Shown piece after piece: positions 54,437 to 64,000 of a stretch of DNA of 64,000 nucleotides. The stretch is from contig OX597839.1 of NCBI GenBank assembly GCA_951406725.2, forward strand, positions 5,518,001 through 5,582,000. The letters run 5' to 3'. The notes under the pieces were generated by a model that had not been told where the DNA came from, searched no databases, and saw nothing but the letters and a program-made list of their open reading frames with translations. A program made the position numbers and the translations under genes. The first letter of the stretch is position 1, and each line of letters starts with the position of its first letter. This stretch comes from Octopus vulgaris (taxonomy: Eukaryota).

Positions 54437-54669
54437 CTATTTCTTTACTACCACAAGGGGCTAAACACAGAGGGGACAAACAAGGACAGACAAACGGATT
54501 AAGTCGATTATATCGACCCCGGTGCGTAACTGGTACTTATTTAATCTACCCCGAACGGATGAAAGGCAAAATCGACCTCGGCGGAATTTGAACTCAGAAC
54601 GAAAGCGGGAGACGAAATTACGGCTAAGCATTTCGCCCGGCGTGCTAACGATTCTGCCAGCTCACCGCC
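54437..54669 (-). mobile_element. SINE family A
   Basis: CTATTTCTTTACTACCACAAGGGG..CTGCCAGCTCACCGCC. Confidence 0.9.
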
Positions 54670-54811
54670 AATGCCGGGAAGAGTTCGCACACTCCCAACC
54701 GCAGAAAAGAACACCCGACGCTGCACACGCCCCCAGCAACAAGGAGGTACAGCAGGTGACGAAGTAGTAATTTGCCTCAATCTACCAAATGTTGAACAGT
54801 TATATAATAAC

Positions 54812-54848
<37 letters not shown>

Positions 54849-55083
54849 TGAGTAAAAATAATGCATAAATGATACATACATAGATACATATGTACACACG
54901 TAGACGTTTATATTGCAACAGAGGAGACTATAATATATTTTCATAAGCACTTGATCCGATAACAATGCTGAGGTGGCGATAGTCTTTCATTCAGATAGAA
55001 TATTTGCTTAACGGAAGAACCGGAGATAATGTTTATATATAAATATAGAGGGAGAGGGAGGAGAGAAAATATGTGAGATAGAT

Positions 55084-55138
<55 letters not shown>

Positions 55139-55363
55139 GATATAGAGAGATTAGAGAGAGAGAGATTGGGAGAGTGACTGCTAGGCGTATAGATACATTG
55201 ACAGACAAATGGGTAATTCCGTGCATGTATGCAAGAGAGTGTATATGTGTTTATGTATGTATATGAGTATAAGTGTATATATATATATATATATATAAAC
55301 ATAAAAGAGATACCCAAAGAATAGGATATCTGATGATGTATTCTCTCTCTGTCTCTCTCTCAA

Positions 55364-55413
<50 letters not shown>

Positions 55414-55597
55414 GTAGATAGATAGATATAATAGGATATCTATATATATATATATATGAAGAGGGAGATAGATATATTAAGAGGGGGGGAGAGAGAGAGG
55501 GAACGAGGAGGGCAAACAATCATGTAGATATGTTGGTTATCACCCATAAGTAATCCGAGGTTACGTCTCAATTCTAATTAGTGTTATTTCAACAAAG

Positions 55598-55760
55598 GAA
55601 GGCGCCGAGCACGCAGAATCATTAGCATGTCAGACGAAGTGCTTCGCAGTATTTTTTCTGGCTTTACATTCTGAGTTCGAATTCCGCCGATGTCATCTTT
55701 GGTTTTCATCTTTTCGGGGTCGATGAAATAAATACCAGATGAGCGCTGGGGTTGGCGTAA
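55598..55760 (+). mobile_element. Degenerate SINE A-related copy
   Basis: GGCGCCGAGCACGCAGAATC..GAGTTCGAATTCCGCC..TTTCATCTTTTCGGGGTCGATGAAATAA. Confidence 0.7.
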
Positions 55761-55983
55761 TGGAGAAGTCCCTTCCTAAAATTCCAAAATTTATCTCTAT
55801 AGTATAAAGAATTATTTCACTAAAGGTGCTCAACCAAGAATTGTGGGGCTACGATATAAGTCAATACAGCGAAAGAATATCCGGAAGAGTTAACTCCTGA
55901 CACACGATGTAAACGTAATATCTATGATCATTACGTCTAGGACATAGAAAGGGAGAGAAATAGATAAGCTGAGTAGATACATG

Positions 55984-56029
<46 letters not shown>

Positions 56030-56195
56030 GATAGATAGATATATAGATAGGCAGACAGACAGATAGAAAGAACAAAGAGATAGATAATAGATAGTTAGAT
56101 AGACAGACACACAGAAGAAAGAAGGAGAGAGAGAGAGAGGTAGATAGAGAGATATATAGATAGACAGACAGACAAACAGAAAGAGAGAGAGTGGG

Positions 56196-56267
<72 letters not shown>

Positions 56268-56629
56268 ATACATACATAGATAGATATAAGGAGGCGCAGA
56301 GAAAGACTGTATGTCAAGAACTTCAATGGTAAACATGTTTTCGTATAGCGATGTTGTAACAAGATAATTAATATTCCACGTAGAATTGAGATAACGCCAT
56401 CACTCTGCCCCTTCACGCGTTCGGTACAGTATACCAAATACTCCGCCATCCTTTGTTTATATGTACGAGAAATGAAGTATCGGATTTATGCTTGTGGGTG
56501 GATGACTGTGTTTTGTGCGTGAGTATGTGGTGAGTGTGTGTGTATGTGTGTATATATATATGTGTGTGTATGTATATATGTGTACCTGTAGTGGTCTGTA
56601 TAGCTATAATTCTGTGTATCTGATGTGAG

Positions 56630-56663
<34 letters not shown>

Positions 56664-56725
56664 CTATGCATATACATACGCACATACGTACATACCCCTT
56701 TCACCTCTCTCTCTCTCTCTCTATG

Positions 56726-56762
<37 letters not shown>

Positions 56763-57229
56763 ACCTATAGATACATACATTCATATGTATATATACTTAC
56801 ATATACATAATTATGTATATAATCATGTTTATATTCTGTATATGTAAATGCATATAAGTACATATGTTTATCACACACACACACATGAGTGTGTATAATA
56901 TAAATGTGTACAAACATAAACAAATACATAGGTCTGTGTGTGTGTGTGTGGTGTGAATGTCTGTATTTATTTATTCATCTTCTTGATGTTATAGTTTACA
57001 CTGTGGAACATCTTATTCTAGCGGTGATACAATTCACAGCTGATCAAACACATTACCTGAAAGGTGAGATATCTTTACAATATACACAAAGCACAGACTT
57101 GTATATAATATATTTCATATGTATAGACACACATACACACACGTACATACATAATGATGTATATTGCTTGTATTAAAGTTTAGCCATCAATTCTTACAAC
57201 GTATCTGTATGATGCATATATGTATGTTC

Positions 57230-57281
<52 letters not shown>

Positions 57282-57446
57282 TATTCATATGTATATATAT
57301 TATATACATGTATATATACATATATTTTTACTCATAGTCCCCAGGGTTCTGACAATTATTGGTACTACTACCACCTTTTTCAGCGACCACAACTGCTTAA
57401 CTTCCCAAGCTAACCTGTCATATCTATCGACTTTTCTTTCTTCCAT

Positions 57447-57519
<73 letters not shown>

Positions 57520-58168
57520 AGTGCTTCCGCTACTACTTTCTAGTACTAGTACTATCATTATTATTATCATTATTATTATTATTATTATTGTTATTAGACC
57601 TTCGTGAAACCGTGTAGGTAAAAATGCACCGGAGTCTTTAGTCGTCTGTCAAGTCACAACAAGAATCTCTTTCCTTAAGATGTGCGCTCTGCCCAATAAG
57701 GCTTGCTTTTTGCAAGAATTCAATCATGCATAAGATTTCCAGTTATCTTATGAAGTCTTGACGTTTCAATGGGTTTGAACCCGACGCTCCAATCACCACT
57801 GGTATCACTCATACATTACCCTCTCGCATTCCATACAGTCTTACCATTTCCACTCTCAATTCGGAGTACTTGGTGATTTTTTTCAACCTCTTTACTCACA
57901 ACATTCATGTCTTTTGGTATGGCTACATCAATGATCTGACAGTAGTTGTCTCTCTTATTCAATACGACAATATTGGCACCATTTGCCAAGTTCTCTACTC
58001 ATTTACATTTGCCTATTCATTTACAGGAAATTGAGGTAACATCGTCAAGAGAATTTTTAGTGATTTATTGTGGGAAAGACCTCAAGCCAACAAGAGGGAT
58101 GGGCAATCCACCTTACCAAACAAAACCAAGTAAGTTTTCCCTTTCTATTCTTTTCTATTTCCGATAAA

Positions 58169-58550
58169 ATGGTCGTACACGGAATAGGCAGCTTGAATGT
58201 ACGTGCCCTTGGGATCACCTTGGAAGCGGGGTCCCCTGCTTAACGACACCAGGGCACTGAATGTCGACGTGGTGGCCATTAATGAAACCGTACTTTGCGA
58301 CTCACGGGGACTTCCAACCCTTTTTCGGTGACTACGAAGTGTATGCATCTTCCAAGTCGTCCGGAAGCGGGAAGTGGAGTCGCCGTGATGGTTCGGAAAA
58401 ATCTGAATCTTGCCATACGGACGATTTTCTTGGAGCCGGACGGTAAGTGGGTGGTTCTGGACGTGACAGGCACCGAAGAACATACTTTCAGGCTAGTTAT
58501 CGTGTATGCCCCGACTGGGGCAATACGACCAGATTTCTTTAGACGTCTGG
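58169..58550 (+). pseudogene. Tx1/L1-like APE endonuclease N-terminal fragment
   Basis: MVVHGIGSLNVR..DVVAINET (frameshifts)..SGVAVMVRK..DGKWVVLDV..FRLVIVYAP..DFF: APE motifs NVRG, QET, GVA, G+, VYAP. Confidence 0.8.
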
Positions 58551-58582
58551 TAACTATTATTATTATTATTATTATTATTATT

Positions 58583-58711
58583 GAGTGAGAGAGCAGTTCA
58601 TGCCATCAAAGTGACACTGGGGTAAAATATACGAAGCCCAATATACCCATCATGACTACCCGTCTGATAAGGGTATACCAGGCACATGCATCACAACCAT
58701 ATGTGCGCGAC
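58583..58711 (-). repeat. Short non-microsatellite insert between (TTA)n tracts
   Basis: ~130 bp flanked on both sides by (TTA)n; possibly a Dong-mobilised element (inference). Confidence 0.4.
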
Positions 58712-58730
58712 ATTATTATTATTATTATTA

Positions 58731-58791
<61 letters not shown>

Positions 58792-58844
58792 CATTATTAT
58801 TACTATTATTATTATTATTACTATTATTATTATTATTTTATCAT

Positions 58845-59570
58845 CTTTCAATTCTATTTACATTTCTTTCCGAGTGTCTTCCTGATGCCTAGGGCAGTGA
58901 AACGCTCTGTGTAGGCCGTCAAAATAAACAAACCGAAATGTCCATTTACAAAGTCAAGTCATGTGATAGAGAAAAGGGGGAAGAAAGACAGAGAGGAAAA
59001 CTTAAAAATATAAAATAAAAATGTAAAGAAAGAAAATAAAAGGGGAAAAGGGAGTGAAAACTCACAGCGACAATGCTCCCCTCAATACGTGTGACGTACC
59101 AGTTAAGACAATCTTTTGCACTTCCTGTATGAATGGTAAGCCAGGGATCATTCTTAAATAATTTTCAGTTCCTTTTTCGTTTATTCCAAATGTTCCTACA
59201 ATCACTGGTATTGTAACCGTCTTGAGATGCCACGTCTTTTCGATTTCGATTAGCAGATCTTTATATTTTCTGAGCTTAAATTCTTTTGCCGAGATATCAT
59301 GGTCACAGGGTGTGCTCATGTCAATTAATAAACAGACTTCATTGTTTCGGTCTTTCACAACAATATCTGGTTTATTTGTCTTGGTGGTCCGGTCTGTAGA
59401 TAATGAGAAGTCCCAAAGAACAGTTACATTTCCTCCTCCAGTTACATCCTCAAGGTGGCGCTTGTACCATTTGTCAGCAGATTTGATTTTATAATGCTGA
59501 CACATTATCCAGTGTAGATATCGGCCAACTCTGCCATGTCTTGATTTGTAGTCTACAGGTGCTAAAACCT
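58845..59570 (-). mobile_element. Dong/R4-like LINE 3' fragment: RLE domain plus 3' UTR, within (TAA)n
   Basis: ORF 59062-59570: YKSRHGRV..LWDF..NKPDIVVKD..LIDMS.P..KLRKYKDL..PVIVG (RH/PD/D/KxxKY RLE motifs); (TAA)n on both sides. Confidence 0.9.
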
Positions 59571-59620
59571 TTATTATTATTATCATCATCATCATTATTA
59601 TTATTATTATTATTATTATA

Positions 59621-59675
<55 letters not shown>

Positions 59676-59773
59676 CGACTCTTCAATGTTATTGCGAATA
59701 GTTGAGCAATGATAACTGTTTTTTGCTGATGAAATAGTTAGTAGTAGTAGTAGTAATAGTAGTAGTAGTGGTG

Positions 59774-59848
<75 letters not shown>

Positions 59849-60003
59849 GCAGCAGCAGCAGTAGTAGTAATAGTAGGGAAAATGAATGAACCAGAAAATG
59901 TTCTCGAATTTATGTATTTTAAGGCCCCTTTTTCCCCCAAATATACATTTCATTTAGTTTATTTCCTCTCTTGTACTCCTTTTTCGCCTTTCAATTTCTT
60001 CTG

Positions 60004-60036
<33 letters not shown>

Positions 60037-60294
60037 CATTTGTTTCTTTCCTGATCGAAATTACAAAAATCCTATTTTTCTCTTTAGTCAGCTCATAGCT
60101 TTAAATATCCTTAAAAAAAAAAACGCGGATCTTATTTGTGCCATTGCAGCCATTTTGAATTAACTTAGTGCATGGCGAATTAAACAAAACACGCATTTAT
60201 TTTGTATTTCCTCTCTCTCTCTCTCTAAATGTATATCTATATATCTGTCTGTCTATCATTCTATCTATCTCTATCGCTCTATCTATCCATCTAT

Positions 60295-60376
<82 letters not shown>

Positions 60377-60438
60377 GTCTGTCTGTCTATCTAATCTATC
60401 TATCTATCTATATCTATCTATCTATCTATCTATCTATC

Positions 60439-60525
<87 letters not shown>

Positions 60526-61094
60526 GTATCTATGTATCTATCTATCTATCTAATCTATCTATCTCCATGCTTGCCTGTGTTTGCTTTGCCTATATCTCAA
60601 CACGTTTCATATTACTTTAACCTTCGTATTATATTTCCTATGAGAAAGTATATTATTTTCGTTCTATTTCGTTAAACCTTAGTAAAAATTTTATTAGATC
60701 GGTAGATTAACCATTATTATTTACTGCCGATACGGCGTCCGATTCCCATTCCCGCAAGCGCTGTTATATTTTCTCCATCATCTATATTATATGTATACGC
60801 GTGCTTCCACTCTCGGTTAATGGCTTTTTGTTTTGGTTTTTTGTTAAATTACTGTTTATCGGTTAAAAATACAGAACAGTTTCTGAAAAAATAATAACGC
60901 ACTTGATAAAGGCCAAATCGACCTTCCAAATATCATCGCATCAAAATAGAAAACTATTGCGAATCCTCTAGCGTTTTTTCATTGTGTTTACTTTTTATTC
61001 GTCTATTACTATATCCTCATTGTGATCTTTGCACCATTTACGAAAAATCTTTCAAATTTTTGGCAAGAGGCCAACTATTTCGGAAAGACCGAGC

Positions 61095-61397
61095 ATTGTG
61101 AGTGTTTATTGAGTGAAAACACCTAAAGCTTCACGAGGCTCCTGCAGGGTGTGGTGGTGAACCCTGTTGTACTCTTTCACCACAACTTTCTCTCAGTCTT
61201 TCTTTCTGTTTCTGTTGTACCTGTATTTCAAAGGGCCAGCCTTGTCACACTCTGTGTCACGCTGAATCTCCTCGAGAACTACGTTAAGGGTACACGTGTC
61301 TGTGGAGTGCTCAGCCACTTGCACGTTAATTCCACGAGCAAGCTGTTCCGTTGATCGTATCAGCTGGGACCCTCATCGTCGTAACCGACGGAGTGCT
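61095..61397 (+). mobile_element. SINE family C, tail type 2, 5'-truncated
   Basis: TTGTGAGTGTTTATTGAG..CATCGTCGTAACCGACGGAGTGC. Confidence 0.85.
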
Positions 61398-61609
61398 TCT
61401 ATATATATATTTCGGAAAGGGATAAGTCGATTACATCGACTCGTGTGCTCAGCTTGTACTTATCTCATCGACCCTGAAAGGATAATTGGCAGAGTCCACG
61501 TCGGCAGAATTTGAACTCAGAACGCAAAGTCAGTCGATAGTGTTAAACCGGAGATTGTGATGTATCTACCACTAAGTGATTTTGGGCCCTCAACACCATA
61601 TACTCATTT

Positions 61610-62193
61610 TACACATTCACTTGTTTCAGTCATTTGACTGTGGCCATGCTGGAGCACCGCCTTTTGTCGAGTAAATCGACCCCAGGACTTATTCTTTGTA
61701 AGCCTAATACTTATTCTATCGGTCTCTTTTGCCGAACCGCTAAGTAACGGGGATGTAAACACACCTGCATCGGTTGTCAAGCGATGTTGGGAGGACAAAC
61801 GCAGACACACAAACATATACATGCATATATATACATATATACGACGGGCTTCTTTCCAGTTTCCGCCTACCAAATCCACTCACAAGGCTTTGGTCGGCCC
61901 GAGCCTATAGTAGAAGACACTTGACCAAGGTGCCACGCAGTGGGACTGAACCCGGAACCATGTGGTTGGGTAGCAAGCTACTTACCACACAGCCACTCCT
62001 GCGCCTATACATATACATATACATATATACGACGGGCTTCTTTCAGTTTCCGTCTACCAAATCCACTCACGAGGCTTTGGTCGGCCCGAGGCTATAGTAG
62101 AAGACATTTGACCAAGGTGCCACGCAGTGGGACTGAACCCGGAACCATGTGGTCGGTTAGCAAGCTACTTACCACACAGCCACTCCTGCGCCT
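61610..62193 (-). mobile_element. SINE family B with duplicated 5' half
   Basis: ACGACGGGCTTCTTTC..CCACTCCTGCGCCT occurs at 61841-62006 and 62029-62193. Confidence 0.9.
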
Positions 62194-62572
62194 ATGACAG
62201 AATTCATTACAACATGGTGTCTGAAAAGCCGACAGGGAAGGAATTTATAAGTAGATGCACAGTCAAAATCATTTACTTACAGAAAGATAAGCTGAGAATG
62301 TTTAGTTAAAGAATATATTTGTTATTAGTTTGTTTGTTTGTAGTCATTGTATATTTATAGAAATAGAAAGCAATTCAGTTTTAGCAAAAGCAGACCAAGA
62401 CGTAATTATAGTCTTCATAATATTATTTATCTCCAAAACGATCTGCTCCGTTTTCCCGTTTTTCTATAAATATATTCTGGCTACAAACAAACATTTTCTA
62501 AACTGAAGATTTTCGACTTATCTGATTTTCGTAACAACAAAAACATAACAGTCTTGTGAATTTAAAATGCAA

Positions 62573-62616
62573 AATTGCACTGACGAAACCTGTGAGGTTG
62601 AAACGCTTTAGCAATT
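62573..62616 (+). ncRNA. Degenerate minimal hammerhead
   Basis: AAUUGCA-CUGACGA-AACC-UGUGA-GGUU-GAAA-CGCUUUA-GCAAUU; stem II perfect, stem III/cleavage site eroded. Confidence 0.5.
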
Positions 62617-62955
62617 AAGAAATTATTAATGAAATATAAAATGGATTAACCATATCATTATCTGTTTGTAACACCAATTTGTATTTTCCATCTGTATTAC
62701 GGAAAATAATTTATAAAATAAAATATCCTGAAAATTATTGTAATTCATAACATTACGAAAAGTAAATAATGAACGCGGCTGATAGATCAAAGAGTTCATA
62801 CACTCGTTTATGAAGCCGGTTTATTATATGCGAAGTTGCTCGCCGCCATATTAATAGTAGTTTATGGAAACAAGCTGAGATGGATACCAAAATTAATGTC
62901 GATCTCTATGTGTGTATATGTGAGTACATACAGATATTCATAGCGATCGTAAGAC

Positions 62956-63315
62956 GGTCAGCTGGCAGAATCGCTAGCACGCCGGACAAGATGCTTAACA
63001 GCATTTCGTCCGTCCTTAATTTCTCAGTTTAAATTATCTTTCACGGTCAATGAAATAAGTACCTATTTCTTTACCACCCTCAAGGAGTTAAACACAGAGG
63101 GGACAAACAAGGACAGTCACACGGATTAAGTCGATTACATCGACCCCAGTGCGTAACTGGTACTTATTTAATCGCCCCCGAAAGGATGAAAGGCAAAGTC
63201 GACCCGGGCGGAATTTAAACTCACAGCGTTACGGCAGACGAAATACCTAAGCATTTCGCCCGGCGCGGTAACGTTTCTGCCAGCTACCTGTGGAGAACTG
63301 GGGTCGATATAACTG
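62956..63315. mobile_element. Old + strand SINE A-type copy with a younger - strand SINE A (63063-63285) nested inside
   Basis: Host reads ..AAATAAGTACC| insert |TACCTGTGGAGAACTGGGGTCGAT. Confidence 0.75.
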
Positions 63316-63729
63316 CCTTACCTCTTCCCTAAAATTCCTGCCCTACGCCAAAAGTTGCAACCAATATTAGTACAGGAATAAATGACGTTTGAAATGTCAG
63401 CCATGGCGTTAGTATTGTCGTTTAACTATTATAACAAATGCAGATAATACTGTGTGGTTAAGAATATCGCTTCACGACTATGAGTTCCAGGGTTCGATTA
63501 CACTTCGTGGCCTCTTGGAGCATTGCGTTTAGCATAGCCTCACATCACCTCCTGTTTGGCATCCTGATGGATAGGATGTAATTCAAAGCATCCTTCCTCT
63601 CATAATTATGTCATGCTACTTCGAGAATTATGTTAAGAGAAACTTGAAGGGACTTTATATGTATAAACACTCACATACAAACACACATACACATACACAC
63701 ACACACAAACACATACACACATATCTTTT

Positions 63730-64000
63730 ATAATTTGTTTGTTTCAGCCATTAGACTGCAGCCATGCTGGTGCACCGCCTTGAAGAGTTTCTTTTAGTTG
63801 CTTGAATCGACGATAGTACTAATTCTATCAGTCACATTTGCCGAACCACTAAGATACGGGAACATAAACACACCAACACCGGTTTCAAGTGGTGCTGGGG
63901 GGAAAAGGCACAGACACAACGACACACACAGATATATATACATATATGTGTGTTTGTGTATGTATGTGTGTGGTGGGGGGTTTACACGACGGCTTCTTTC
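63730..64000 (-). mobile_element. SINE family B, 3' part (runs off the window)
   Basis: TTGTTTCAGCCATTAGACTGCAGCCATGCTGG..ACGACGGCTTCTTTC. Confidence 0.8.

Overview
AT-rich, microsatellite-dense eukaryotic non-coding DNA. The SINE families and repeat landscape are typical of an Octopus (cephalopod) genome; this is inferred from repeat content. Almost all ORFs in the track are translations of (TA)n, (CA)n, (GATA)n, (CAT)n or (TAA)n repeats, and no intact host gene is evident (only weak exon candidates). Recognisable content: dozens of tRNA-derived SINEs in 3-4 modular families; decayed LINE pieces (Dong/R4 RLE, Tx1-like, CR1/L2-like, RTE-like); two Penelope-like (PLE) GIY-YIG relics (Neptune-like and Naiad-like); a Tc1 transposase fragment; MITEs; and Helitrons. 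The main finding is a diverse set of hammerhead-ribozyme (HHR) non-coding retroelements. One family of ~480-545-nt units sits in (TA)n tracts in tandem plus inverted arrangements, carries type I HHRs with long stem II insertions and covarying stems, and shares a 3' tail hairpin. The best copy (49044-50254) has three perfect HHRs, two of them 489 nt apart, as expected for a retrozyme/circRNA. There are also minimal dimer-type HHRs, a core-swapped G3:C8 HHR in a long palindrome, and a covarying pseudoknot carrying HHR core motifs in non-canonical order. All structures were folded by eye; none has been tested.
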